Shown piece by piece: positions 41,790 to 52,023 of a DNA stretch of 64,000 nt (positions within the stretch are counted from its first letter, which is position 1; every line of letters begins with the position of its first letter). Under the pieces are notes generated by a model. That model did not search any database. It worked only from the letters and a program-made list of their open reading frames with translations, and was not told the DNA's origin. The stretch lies in the NCBI GenBank assembly GCA_041653055.1, contig JBAZGD010000001.1, forward strand, positions 13,512 through 77,511, given 5' to 3'. A program made the position numbers and the translations under genes. Source of the stretch: Candidatus Omnitrophota bacterium. Lineage in GTDB: Bacteria > Omnitrophota > Gorgyraeia > Gygaellales > Profunditerraquicolaceae.

Positions 41790-42668
41790 ATGCCTATGCC
41801 CGGGCAAATAAAAGACTACGGCAAAATTAGGCTGGTACTGATAACAGTGCTAGCCCTTAATTGGCTCGTAGCTATAGCTAAAATTATCTTTGGCCTAAAC
41901 AGCCGCTTGGCAAGTATGACTGCTGACGGCTTCCACTCTCTCTCTGACGGCGCATCCAATATCATAGGGTTGATTGGAATACACTTTGCCTCTAAGGCAA
42001 AGGATATCGACCATCCTTACGGCCACAAAAAATATGAAACCTTTTTCTCCCTAGGTATTGCCTTCCTGCTCTTCTTGGTGGCCATAGGGATCACACACGA
42101 AAGCCTGGGTCGTTTTAATAATGCCATAACCCTTAATGTCACCCCCGTAAGCTTTATTATAATGGCAATTACTATAAGTGTGAATTTTGTGGTTATGCGT
42201 TATGAAAACAAAAAAGGGCTGGAATTTAAAAGCGACATATTGCTCTCCGATGCCCTGCATACACGTGCCGATATCTTGACTTCGCTTTCGGTCATCCTTG
42301 CCCTAATCGCAATAAAAATTGGCTTCCCCTTGCTGGATCCTATAACCTCAATTTGCATCTCCGCTTTTATCGCCTATTCCGGGTATAAAATAGTCCGCCA
42401 AAGTTCTGCAATACTCTGCGATAGCGCAGCTATAGTGGATTTAAAACAAATAGTTGATATTGTTTTAAGCGTAGGGGGAGTAAAGGCATGCCACAAGATA
42501 CGTACGCGCGGAAGGCCTGACGATATTTATATTGATTTACACGTACAGGTTGACAGCAATATGCACATAGATTCTGCCCATAAAATAAGCTACGCCATTG
42601 AAGATGCCATAAAAAAATCCCTGCCCCAGGTAGTTGATATTGTAGTGCATATGGAGCCGAAAGAATAG
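41790..42668 (+). CDS. Cation diffusion facilitator (CDF) family metal efflux transporter
   Basis: HSLSDGASN and HTRADILTS metal-site motifs and a C-terminal cytoplasmic domain. The functional start may be ATG 41796 (leaderless). Confidence 0.88.
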   Translation: MPMPGQIKDYGKIRLVLITVLALNWLVAIAKIIFGLNSRLASMTADGFHSLSDGASNIIGLIGIHFASKAKDIDHPYGHKKYETFFSLGIAFLLFLVAIGITHESLGRFNNAITLNVTPVSFIIMAITISVNFVVMRYENKKGLEFKSDILLSDALHTRADILTSLSVILALIAIKIGFPLLDPITSICISAFIAYSGYKIVRQSSAILCDSAAIVDLKQIVDIVLSVGGVKACHKIRTRGRPDDIYIDLHVQVDSNMHIDSAHKISYAIEDAIKKSLPQVVDIVVHMEPKE

Positions 42669-42692
42669 CTTATTAACCTAAGAATATATGCC

Positions 42693-44207
42693 TTAGGGCC
42701 TCTTCTTAAAAGCCGCCCTTATTATACCAAACAAAAGAAGGAGCGCAGATAAAAACGGGAAAAAATCGCCGTATTTTCCGTAAAAAGAAAGCCTGTCAAA
42801 ATAAGGGTATATTGTTTCAGTTTTATGCCCTTGCACAAATATATCTTCTCCTTTATCATTCTTGACCCTTGAAACAATTTTACCTAAAGGAGATATGAAT
42901 GCGGATACTCCCGTATTGGCGCAACGCACGAGATAAACCCTGTTTTCAACAGCCCTAAAAATAGAGGCAGCCAAATGCTGATACGCCTCTGGGGTCTTGC
43001 CAAACCAAGCATCATTGGTAATATTTACCAAAAACCTTGCCCCTTTTTTTACGAAATTCCTTGCCAGGCCAGGAAATACGTCTTCAAAGCAAATTAAAAC
43101 CCCGAAACTATCCGGGAAACGGAATATAGTATAATCATCACCCCCGGCTATATCTCCTATAGGGGCAATAGTATCCAGAAACCTTAAAGAACCCCTGAAA
43201 GGAATATACTCTCCGAAGGGAACCAAGTGCAACTTATCATATTGGTTTAAAGGCTCTCCCTGGCCTGAAATCAACAAGGCGCTATTATAATAAAGGCTTC
43301 CCCTTGAGGTAACCGACCCAAAGAGCAAGGGCCTCTGATTTTCTGCTATGTAATCGCGCAAACTCAAGAAATACTCAAGCTCCTCTTCTAAAACAACCGG
43401 GAGAGAGGCTTCCGGCCAAATAATTAAATCCGGATTATCTTTAACAGCCATATTGGTAAGCTCAAAATATCTTTGCATAATAAATAACCTGGAATGCATC
43501 TGCCATTTTAAATCCTGCGGTATATTAGGCTGGATTACAGCCAGCTTAACCGGCTTTGCAGAATCACCAGGATTAATTTGAGACAAAAAGCTTATCCGGC
43601 AGTATCCGTATCCAATAACGGAAGAAAATAAAAAAGTAAGAAATAAAAATAACCCTGCTGTTTTCCTGGAAACAAAGGGGCGGGATATGAGGGCTGAATA
43701 AATAACCGTATTAACCATAACAATTAAAAACGAAACCCCCCAAACTCCGGTAATATCCGACACCTGGATAATATGCAGATTAAGATACTGCGAATAACCC
43801 AAAAGTGACCAGGGGAATCCGGTTAAGAAATGGCTGCGCGCATATTCTAAAATAACCCAAAGGGAAGGAACGGTAAGTAATAAATACTTAGCATTTATTA
43901 AACGGCACAGGAGCACTCCGAATAAGCCAAAATATAAAGCCAAATACAATATCAGAAGTATCAGGCCTAATAATGTAACATTAATGAGCCAGAATATTGT
44001 TACACACCAGAAAATTATGCCGGTTAAATAAGAAAGGATGAAAGCGCGCAAGGCGCATTTTCCCCTAAGCATCAAAAAAAAGGGGACAAAACCAAACCAG
44101 GCAAATAATGAAAACCTTGGGGTTAAAAACGGCAGGGCCAATAACAACGCGGACGACAAACAAAGCCAGAATTCAGCAGCCTTTATTCCGGTTATTTTCC
44201 GCAGCAT
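42693..44207 (-). CDS. lnt: Apolipoprotein N-acyltransferase
   Basis: N-terminal polytopic region plus a CN-hydrolase domain ([22 protein letters not shown]). 504 aa. Confidence 0.88.
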   Translation of the reverse strand: MLRKITGIKAAEFWLCLSSALLLALPFLTPRFSLFAWFGFVPFFLMLRGKCALRAFILSYLTGIIFWCVTIFWLINVTLLGLILLILYLALYFGLFGVLLCRLINAKYLLLTVPSLWVILEYARSHFLTGFPWSLLGYSQYLNLHIIQVSDITGVWGVSFLIVMVNTVIYSALISRPFVSRKTAGLFLFLTFLFSSVIGYGYCRISFLSQINPGDSAKPVKLAVIQPNIPQDLKWQMHSRLFIMQRYFELTNMAVKDNPDLIIWPEASLPVVLEEELEYFLSLRDYIAENQRPLLFGSVTSRGSLYYNSALLISGQGEPLNQYDKLHLVPFGEYIPFRGSLRFLDTIAPIGDIAGGDDYTIFRFPDSFGVLICFEDVFPGLARNFVKKGARFLVNITNDAWFGKTPEAYQHLAASIFRAVENRVYLVRCANTGVSAFISPLGKIVSRVKNDKGEDIFVQGHKTETIYPYFDRLSFYGKYGDFFPFLSALLLLFGIIRAAFKKRP

Positions 44208-47122
44208 TTCTTATATTTTCTACCGGAACCGCAAGGGCAAGGGTCATTGCGCCCGATTTTAGGATGTGATAATTTTACGGACGGGTTAAGTTCTTTAACG
44301 GGCTCATCAGATAAAAGAGCCTCTCTCCCGGAACCCTCTTCCCCGCCAGTCAACTGAGCTGCTTGCGGATGCACAAGTTCTTTAGAGATGGAACTAAAGG
44401 CACCCCTGAATCTTTCCCTGCCCTTAGCCTGTAATTTAAAAACCGACTCCACCGCATCGTTTTCAATGCCGGAAATCATCTCGCTAAACATACCAAAAGC
44501 CTCGCGCTTATATTCTACCAGGGGGTCTCGCTGCCCATAAGCCCTTAAACCTATCCCTTCACGAAGGCTATCCATTGCATAAAGATGATCCTTCCACTTA
44601 CTATCTATGATCTGCAGAAAAACCATCCGCTCAAGATGTCGTAATAGGTCGCTTCCGATAGCTTGTTCTTTGTCTTCGTATAAATCTAATGCCCGATCAT
44701 ACAAAAAACCCTCTACATCCTTGAGTCCTTTAGATTGCAAATCTTTTACCTGCGGGCTTTCAAGTTCAAGCCCGAACCTCAATTTTATTTCAGTCAATAA
44801 CCCGCTTAAGTTAAGCTCCTGAAGATGGTTAGAGTTAGCCGAGACTGCGCTGTTTATACAGCTTTTTAGAATCCCGGTTATCTCTTCTTTCAAAGAAATA
44901 CCCTCAAGGATCTCTTTGCGTTGAGAATAAATTATCTCCCTTTGCTTATTCATTACATTGTCATATTCCAAAAGCTGTTTTCTTATTTCAAAATTGTGCT
45001 GCTCTACGCGCCTTTGGGCTATCTCAATGGAACGGCTAACCCAGGGATGCTCAATAACCTGCCCTTCCTCAAGCCCTAATTTATCCATAATAGTAACCAG
45101 CCGCTCCGAACCGAACAAACGCATAAGGTCATCTGCCAAAGATACGTAAAAACGCGATGAACCAGGATCGCCTTGGCGCCCGCTTCTTCCGCGCAGCTGA
45201 TTATCAATCCTGCGCGCCTCATGGCGCTCCGTGCCAAGGACATGCAGACCTCCCACCCCGACTACCTTTCGGTGCTCTTCTTCAGCCTCTCTTTTATAAC
45301 CATCTACTATCTTTTTGTATTCCTCCTTATAATTATCGGACTGCGAATCCAGCTTCTGCCTGGCTAAATTCTTAGCCATAAATTCAGGATTACCGCCTAA
45401 TAAAATATCCGTACCTCTCCCGGCCATATTAGTAGCGATAGTCACCCCTCTGTACCTTCCTGCCTGAGCGACAATCTGAGCTTCCAACTCGTGATATTTA
45501 GCATTAAGGACCTGGTGGGCTATGCCCCGGCGCTTAAGGACCTCGGATAATTTCTCGGATTTATCTATAGAGATAGTCCCGACTAAAACCGGCCTCCCCA
45601 GCTCATAAAGCTGGGCAATCTCTTCAACCACGGCAGAAAATTTCTCTTTCTCAGTTTTATAAATACGATCGGGATAATTTTTCCGTATTAAAGGTTTATT
45701 TGTGGGAATGACCACGACATCCAGCTGGTAAATATTCTTAAACTCATTGGCCTCGGTAAAGGCGGTCCCGGTCATTCCTGCCAGCTTTTCATACATGCGG
45801 AAATAATTCTGAAAAGTTATCGTCGCTAAAGTTTGGTTTTCCCTTTCAATCTTCATCCCCTCCTTAGCCTCTATTGCCTGATGCAACCCGTCTGACCAGC
45901 GCCTGCCCGGCATCATTCTACCGGTAAATTCATCAACTATAATGACCTCCCCGTCTTTCAAAACATAATCTACGTCTTTCTCATAAAATTCCTTTGCCCG
46001 AAGCGCTGCGATAGTATGGTGCCGGCATTCTATGGTTTCAATATTATGAAGGCTTTCCACCCCCCAAAGCCTTGCCGCCTTAACCTCACCTTCTTCGGTA
46101 AGGGCAATAGTTTGCGCCTTTTCATCGGCCACATAATCAAACCCTTCCCCTAAATTTATCCCTTTATACTTGGCGTTTATCTCATCTTTCTCCGTAACCC
46201 TTCTCCCGCTTAACTGCAGAGATATCCTCTGGGCAGTATAATATTTTTCCGTCGATTCCTCAGCAGGGCCAGAAATAATTAACGGGGTGCGCGCTTCATC
46301 TACCAATATAGAATCAACCTCATCGACAATAGCGTAATAAAAAGGCCTCTGCACCAAATCATCCAGGGAGTATTTCATATTATCGCGTAAATAATCAAAG
46401 CCAAATTCATTATTCGTTCCGTAGGTAATATCGCAGGAGTAAGCCAGCCTTCTCTCCTCATCCGACATTTCATGCTGGATCGCCCCCACGGTTAACCCCA
46501 AGAATTCAAATACCGGCCCCATCCATTCGCGGTCACGCCGCGCGAGATAATCATTTACCGTAACTATATGGACTCCCTTGCCCAATAAGGCGTTTAGATA
46601 AGCCGGCAATGTAGCTACCAGTGTCTTTCCTTCCCCCGTAGCCATTTCCGCTATTCTCCCCTCATGCAATATTATCCCTCCGGCAACCTGAGAATCAAAA
46701 TGCCTTAAACCTATAGCCCTGACTGAAGCCTCTCTTACCACGGCAAAGGCCTCAGCGAGAATACCCTCAAATACCTTGTTACGGGTAATCTTTAACTTCT
46801 CTTTTATCTTCTCCTTTTCTTCAGGGATAGCAACAGATGACATCATCTCCCGCAGTTCTTTTATCTCAGAGGTAAAAAGGGCGGATCTCTTTGAAATCTC
46901 CTCCTTAAACTGCAGGGTTTTACCCTTAAGTCCGCTGTCGCTTAAAGACTTAATCGCAGGTTCCATAAGGTTGACCTTATGAATTAATGGCGCAATCTCG
47001 GCTATCTTGCCAATAGAAGGCTGAGGCATATCCGGATGTAAAAAGATATTAACTCCCGGGGCGTGCCTCTTTATCGCTGCCTGCTTGCTCCTCAAAACTG
47101 TCTCTTTTATGAATCCGAACAT
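44192..47122 (-). CDS. secA: Preprotein translocase ATPase SecA
   Basis: [20 protein letters not shown] Walker [30 protein letters not shown] and the C-terminal zinc motif [14 protein letters not shown]. 976 aa. Confidence 0.97.
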   Translation of the reverse strand: MFGFIKETVLRSKQAAIKRHAPGVNIFLHPDMPQPSIGKIAEIAPLIHKVNLMEPAIKSLSDSGLKGKTLQFKEEISKRSALFTSEIKELREMMSSVAIPEEKEKIKEKLKITRNKVFEGILAEAFAVVREASVRAIGLRHFDSQVAGGIILHEGRIAEMATGEGKTLVATLPAYLNALLGKGVHIVTVNDYLARRDREWMGPVFEFLGLTVGAIQHEMSDEERRLAYSCDITYGTNNEFGFDYLRDNMKYSLDDLVQRPFYYAIVDEVDSILVDEARTPLIISGPAEESTEKYYTAQRISLQLSGRRVTEKDEINAKYKGINLGEGFDYVADEKAQTIALTEEGEVKAARLWGVESLHNIETIECRHHTIAALRAKEFYEKDVDYVLKDGEVIIVDEFTGRMMPGRRWSDGLHQAIEAKEGMKIERENQTLATITFQNYFRMYEKLAGMTGTAFTEANEFKNIYQLDVVVIPTNKPLIRKNYPDRIYKTEKEKFSAVVEEIAQLYELGRPVLVGTISIDKSEKLSEVLKRRGIAHQVLNAKYHELEAQIVAQAGRYRGVTIATNMAGRGTDILLGGNPEFMAKNLARQKLDSQSDNYKEEYKKIVDGYKREAEEEHRKVVGVGGLHVLGTERHEARRIDNQLRGRSGRQGDPGSSRFYVSLADDLMRLFGSERLVTIMDKLGLEEGQVIEHPWVSRSIEIAQRRVEQHNFEIRKQLLEYDNVMNKQREIIYSQRKEILEGISLKEEITGILKSCINSAVSANSNHLQELNLSGLLTEIKLRFGLELESPQVKDLQSKGLKDVEGFLYDRALDLYEDKEQAIGSDLLRHLERMVFLQIIDSKWKDHLYAMDSLREGIGLRAYGQRDPLVEYKREAFGMFSEMISGIENDAVESVFKLQAKGRERFRGAFSSISKELVHPQAAQLTGGEEGSGREALLSDEPVKELNPSVKLSHPKIGRNDPCPCGSGRKYKKCCGK

Positions 47123-47138
47123 TATTTTATCCTTAAAA

Positions 47139-48243
47139 TTAAGGCGTTGATTTATTATACCTCAGGTAGGCCTCAATAAACTCATCAAGCCCGCCGTTCA
47201 TAACCTTGTCCACATCCCCGGTTTCATAATCGCTGCGGTGGTCTTTAACCATACTGTAGGGATGCATCACATAAGAACGTATCTGGCTGCCGAATTCAAT
47301 TTTCTTCTTTGCTCCAGCATAACCTTTCAAAAGGACCTCTTCTTTTTTCTGCCTCTCTAACTCATTAATGCGCGCCTTTAAGATTTTAAATGCCGTTTCT
47401 TTATTTTGGTGCTGCGAACGCTCATTCTGGCACTGGGCAACTATACCTGTAGGTATATGGGTAATCCTGACCGCTGAATCAGTAGTATTGACGCTTTGCC
47501 CTCCGGCGCCTTTAGAGCGGTAGACATCAATACGCAAATCTTTATCTTCCAATTTTATATCAATATCCTCCTTGGCCTCCGGTATGACATCAATCGAAGC
47601 AAAAGAAGTATGCCTGCGCTTATTTGCGTCGAATGGCGATATGCGGACTAAACGGTGCACCCCCCGCTCTGACCTCAGATAACCATAGGCATAAGGGCCT
47701 TCGATTAAAAGCGTGACACTTTTAACCCCTGCCTCTTCTCCGTAAAGTATATCTGTTACCTCAACGCTATATCCGCGCGCCTGCGCAAACCGGGTATACA
47801 TCCTTAAAAGCATGCCTACCCAGTCACAAGATTCTGTGCCTCCGGCTCCGGCATTAATACTTAAGATCGCACCTGCAGAATCAGAATCTTCGCATAAAAA
47901 CGTCTTAAATTCTAATTTCTCCAGGTCCCTGGAAAGTTCGTCAATATTGCTCGCTAAATCCAGCGTCAGTTCCCCATCCTGGGCATTAAGTATGGCCGCT
48001 AAATCGTTAAGCTCACGGTACTTCTTAACTGCCGAGTCCCACGGCTCAACTATATTCTTTAGCTCCTTAAGCCTTCTGACTGCCTTGGTTGAATTATCGG
48101 TATCTTGCCAAAACCCGGGGGAAGACATTTGCGCAGACAAATCAGCGATGATTTTATTCTTGCTATCAATGTCAAAGATAACCTCTTAGTTGACCCAGGG
48201 TTGTCTCAATATTAACAAGCTTTTCTTTAATTTCCTCCAGCAT
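47139..48243 (-). CDS. prfB: Peptide chain release factor 2, with programmed +1 frameshift
   Basis: ORF1 [23 protein letters not shown] ends at in-frame TGA 48174-48172. The +1 frame continues [22 protein letters not shown]... into the track ORF 47139-48140, which contains the SPF and GGQ (GAGGQSVN) motifs. Confidence 0.93.
48171..48186 (-). promoter_or_regulatory. prfB autoregulatory frameshift site AGAGGT TAT CTT TGA C
   Basis: SD-like AGAGGT sits 3 nt before the slippery CTT-TGA-C, matching the classical RF2 recoding site. Confidence 0.9.
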
Positions 48244-48264
48244 AATTCATCTCCTAAAAAATAA

Positions 48265-49338
48265 CTACCCCTTCTTTATCCCTTTTAAAGAAAGCATAAA
48301 CTCATCCTTATTATCCGAGAAGAGCGCAGCCGTATCCTCGCTTATCTTCCCTTCTTTAACCAGCTTAACCAAAGATTGATTAAATGACTGCATGCCAAAG
48401 ACATTTCCGTCTTCAATAAATTGAGGGATCTCCCAAACCTTTCCCTCGCGTATCAAACGGCTAATGGTTGGCGTAAGAAGCATTGCTTCATACGCAGGGA
48501 TGCGCCCCTCGCCGTCTTTTAACGGTAATAGCCTCAAGGATATCACCCCCTTTAATATTGAGGATAGCTGGTTTCTTACCTCCTGATGCTGATAAGGAGG
48601 AAAAAAGTTGATAATCCTTTCCACGCTCTGCGCAGCATTAATAGTATGCAAAGTGCTTAAAACCAGAACCCCGGTCTCCGCAGCAGTTATGACGCTTGAC
48701 ATTGTCTCTAAATCCCTGATATTACTTATAAAGAGAACATCGGGTGCCTGAAGCGTAAAAGCACGCAAGGCATTGCTGTAGGATAAAACATCAAGGGAGA
48801 CTTCGCGCTGGTTAATAAGCGCCTCCTTATCTTTAAAAACAAACTCTATCGGGTCTTCAATAGTTAAAATATGTTTTTTACTGTTTAAATTAATATATTC
48901 GATCATGCTGGAGATAGTGGTAGACTTTCCGCTGCCCATGCTTCCGGTAAGAAGCACCAATCCCCCCTTCTCCATAGAAAGTTTCTCTAATATCTCTGAG
49001 GGCAAATTTAATTCACTAAAAGTCTTGGTAACATTATTCACCCTTCTTATAACCAGGGATGGCCAATTGCGTTGCATGAATATGCTGGCCCTGAACCTAT
49101 AATCTAACTCCTTGATATAAATACTGAAGTCAATATCTAAATTGCTCTTAAAATACTCTCTCTGCCTGAGATTAGTCAAGTCTTCGGTAGCCCTTACGAC
49201 ATCCTCAACGGTAAGCTCAACCTCTCTTGCGGTTACCAGCCTACCTCCTATTCTCATACGGGGGCTGCCTCCGGCGCGATAAAATAAATCCGAGGCGTCC
49301 CTTTCAATCATCTCTTTTAGCAGGTCTTTTATATCCAT
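48265..49338 (-). CDS. pilT: PilT-family type IV pilus retraction-type ATPase
   Basis: ASDLFYRAGGSPRMRIGGRL, the GSMGSGKSTT Walker A and the His-box region LSTLHT. 357 aa. Confidence 0.85.
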   Translation of the reverse strand: MDIKDLLKEMIERDASDLFYRAGGSPRMRIGGRLVTAREVELTVEDVVRATEDLTNLRQREYFKSNLDIDFSIYIKELDYRFRASIFMQRNWPSLVIRRVNNVTKTFSELNLPSEILEKLSMEKGGLVLLTGSMGSGKSTTISSMIEYINLNSKKHILTIEDPIEFVFKDKEALINQREVSLDVLSYSNALRAFTLQAPDVLFISNIRDLETMSSVITAAETGVLVLSTLHTINAAQSVERIINFFPPYQHQEVRNQLSSILKGVISLRLLPLKDGEGRIPAYEAMLLTPTISRLIREGKVWEIPQFIEDGNVFGMQSFNQSLVKLVKEGKISEDTAALFSDNKDEFMLSLKGIKKG

Positions 49339-49359
49339 TTTCCCTCCGTTTGTAAAATA

Positions 49360-50832
49360 TTATACCATTTTCTTGTATTTGGGAGTAGGATTAAATTCCA
49401 TATACTTGCCCAGCGCTAAATGAGTTTGAGCATCTAAAGCAGGAGCAGACCCCAAAATTAATATTATAAAAGGTACCAAAAACCATTCCATTGTCATTAT
49501 AACATTCTTAAACCAGCTCACCTCTTTAGGCCGGGGGGGCAATATCAAACGGCTTAAAACTATCCAGACTAAACTGGTAAAAAGGGTAAAATTTAAAAGA
49601 AGTCCGGTTATCTTAGAAAGATTATACCCTATCGCCATCTGGTTAAAAAATGTTCCTCCGAATATAACCGGTAGCGGTCCGATAAACAAAAGTATTACCG
49701 CCCAAATCGCCCAGGTAACATGGGTCTCTAAAAGATGGAAACCCCTCCTCACCTTCTTTACCAAAGGAATATCCCGGTCATTTAAGAATCCGCTCATTAA
49801 AAACGGAAAATTCTCCACCCCCCAGGCCCATCTTCGTTTCTGTTTATATTGCATTATAATAGTTTTAATAAAGCTGCTGGAATAGGCTATATCCATAGAA
49901 ACCGTGAGATAAAGGGGTATAACCCGGTAATCTCCTTTGTAAAAAAGAAATGCCTTCCAGTAAATAACCGAATCATCGGAAACCATATCTACCGGCCAAT
50001 AACCTATATCTACCAGGGTCTTAAAGCTCATACTATGGCTGGAGAAAGTAACAAATTTTTCTAACCTCATCCCCTCAATCATCTGGCAGAACGAAGAGCT
50101 AATCTCCACCAGGCGGGCAAAAGAAGGAGCCTGCCAAATATTATTATTATATACCGGCATCGGCTGATAACTAGACTGGTGAGGTTTAGGAGACTTAGCA
50201 AAATGATAGGTAAGACATCCAAAATACTCCTTATTTACGCACGTATCCGCATCAAAACACGAGAGGATAATATCTTCATCCCGGATACCGGCTTTATTCA
50301 AAACAGTCTTTGCCTTTTTGGCTGCCCAGGTAGCATTTGCCCCTTTGGTAGGCTTTTCTCCTGCTATGCCATCAGGATGAAAAGTAGATAAATATATATG
50401 GAAAGAATCTTTAAATTCAGACTCAAGAACCCTGGCGTTATTTCGCGCATCAGGATTACGCTCTTCAAAGGCAACTACCACGATAATCTTATCTTTGGGA
50501 TAATGGCATTTCTTGATTGCCTCCAATGAAGGCCTCAAGATATCCAACCCTTCTCTGTAAACCGGGAAGATAATAAGGTGGTAAAAATTATTACTGGGGC
50601 AAACCTTAAGCCAGTCTTTGGCTCTTTCCCTGTAGAGCCTATGGTGCGCCATAACTAAAAGCGTGGTAAGGTAAACAGTGCGAATAATCCAATAAAAGTC
50701 AAAAACAAGGATTATAACCGCACAGGCCACAGGGTTGACAAAGGCCAGAATGACCAATGTCGAAATTATGCCCCAAGATACAAAACCCGGGATTATCTCA
50801 AAAACTCTCGGCCTTAGGTTATTCTCTTTCAT
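49360..50832 (-). CDS. Membrane-integrated processive family-2 glycosyltransferase (cellulose/chitin-synthase-like)
   Basis: N- and C-terminal TM helices flank a GT-A domain with FDADT (DxD), VSDDS and QYKQKRRWAWG (Q(R/Q)xRW) motifs. 490 aa. Confidence 0.75.
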   Translation of the reverse strand: MKENNLRPRVFEIIPGFVSWGIISTLVILAFVNPVACAVIILVFDFYWIIRTVYLTTLLVMAHHRLYRERAKDWLKVCPSNNFYHLIIFPVYREGLDILRPSLEAIKKCHYPKDKIIVVVAFEERNPDARNNARVLESEFKDSFHIYLSTFHPDGIAGEKPTKGANATWAAKKAKTVLNKAGIRDEDIILSCFDADTCVNKEYFGCLTYHFAKSPKPHQSSYQPMPVYNNNIWQAPSFARLVEISSSFCQMIEGMRLEKFVTFSSHSMSFKTLVDIGYWPVDMVSDDSVIYWKAFLFYKGDYRVIPLYLTVSMDIAYSSSFIKTIIMQYKQKRRWAWGVENFPFLMSGFLNDRDIPLVKKVRRGFHLLETHVTWAIWAVILLFIGPLPVIFGGTFFNQMAIGYNLSKITGLLLNFTLFTSLVWIVLSRLILPPRPKEVSWFKNVIMTMEWFLVPFIILILGSAPALDAQTHLALGKYMEFNPTPKYKKMV

Positions 50833-51766
50833 TCTGCCTTAATTTAACTACATTTCCGATAATAGATGCCTTTTCGCTAAATTCAAGTTTGTAGACGTTC
50901 TCATAAATGGCCCCGTCATTACCCATCTGATAATCTGAAAAATAAAGGCTATCCCTGTCCAGGTCATAAAATAACCCCGAAGGAAAACTGTTCAAGTTAA
51001 CCAAACTTACCTCATTTGGCAGGGCATTTGTCTCCAGGACCGAGATGTTCTTATCGGTAACCAAAACCAAATGATAGCTATCCGAATGCCAAAATACCTG
51101 AATAATCTGCTGCCTGGGGTAATCCAGAATAAGCGGATTTTGCCCGTATAATAAACTTCCTCTCGGGCTTAAATACAGGATACAAATTTGATGGTTATTA
51201 AAAAGCAGGGCCTTCTCTTTATCTTCGGAAAGCTTTATCCCCTTAGGTATGCCCTTAAAGGCTTTGGGCAAAATACTTAACTTCTTAAACCTTTCCCCTT
51301 CCAGATCAGACTCATAGAGAATGCTATCCTGCCGGTTAAAATAATAAATACTCTTTCCCCCCTGGTCAATATAAAAATACGAAACGCTATCTTTATTCAG
51401 CTGTTTTATATTTAAGCGCTTGGGGAAAAGTATCACCTTTTCAATACGCGTAATTCTGCGCGGATGGACATCTACCTGCATACTCCAAGGATAATAGTTC
51501 TCCAATTCCAGCCTTATATTATAAGAACCGGGAAGAAGCTCGCTGAGAGTCAAAGGGGTCTTTTCATTAAGCAATCTGGAATCAAGATATATATGCGCTC
51601 CCTGGGGCTGGGTCTTAATACTAATCAGCCCGGTTTTGGTGAATTTCAGGGTGCGCGGATTAAACTTATAACCTAAGGCATGGGAAAGTATAAAGGGAAG
51701 CCCCAGGAAGAATATGCCGACGCTTAAATAAAACAATACCCCCCTTATTCTTTGTTCGTTAAGCAT
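50819..51766 (-). CDS. PEGA-domain membrane-anchored protein
   Basis: An N-terminal TM helix, then a PEGA-like module (ISIKTQPQGAHIYLDSRLLNEKTPLTLSELLPGSYNIRLELENYYPW). The rest is beta-rich and unassigned. It overlaps the GT2 start by 14 nt. Confidence 0.65.
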   Translation of the reverse strand: MLNEQRIRGVLFYLSVGIFFLGLPFILSHALGYKFNPRTLKFTKTGLISIKTQPQGAHIYLDSRLLNEKTPLTLSELLPGSYNIRLELENYYPWSMQVDVHPRRITRIEKVILFPKRLNIKQLNKDSVSYFYIDQGGKSIYYFNRQDSILYESDLEGERFKKLSILPKAFKGIPKGIKLSEDKEKALLFNNHQICILYLSPRGSLLYGQNPLILDYPRQQIIQVFWHSDSYHLVLVTDKNISVLETNALPNEVSLVNLNSFPSGLFYDLDRDSLYFSDYQMGNDGAIYENVYKLEFSEKASIIGNVVKLRQNERE

Positions 51767-52023
51767 AAGGCGATTTCCTTTTCCAAATCAAGAAGGCGTT
51801 TTTTAAAATCTTCCCCGAAAATATACCCACCCAAAACGTTATTGCTCTTGACCACACGATGGCAGGGAATCACTAAAGGCAAAGGGTTTTTCTTTAACGC
51901 AGTCCCTACCGCCCTGTAGGCAGAAGAAGATCCGGCTTTTTTTGCCACCCACTTATACGTACGCACCTGGCCCAGGGGTATGCTCATTACTGCCTTATAA
52001 ACCCTGCCCGCGAAAGGAGTCAT
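51745..52023 (-). CDS. MGMT-family (methylated-DNA--protein-cysteine methyltransferase DNA-binding/active-site domain only)
   Basis: 92 aa. The PCHRVV active-site motif is present (VIPCHRVV). Confidence 0.8.
   Translation of the reverse strand: MTPFAGRVYKAVMSIPLGQVRTYKWVAKKAGSSSAYRAVGTALKKNPLPLVIPCHRVVKSNNVLGGYIFGEDFKKRLLDLEKEIALCLTNKE

Noticed and set aside
48172-48174. In-frame TGA in prfB, and the general possibility of an alternative genetic code (UGA sense)
   Set aside because: The TGA sits in the textbook CTT TGA C frameshift context with an upstream SD-like element. Presence of RF2 itself, and ORFs ending cleanly at TGA (for example the transposase), support code 11.
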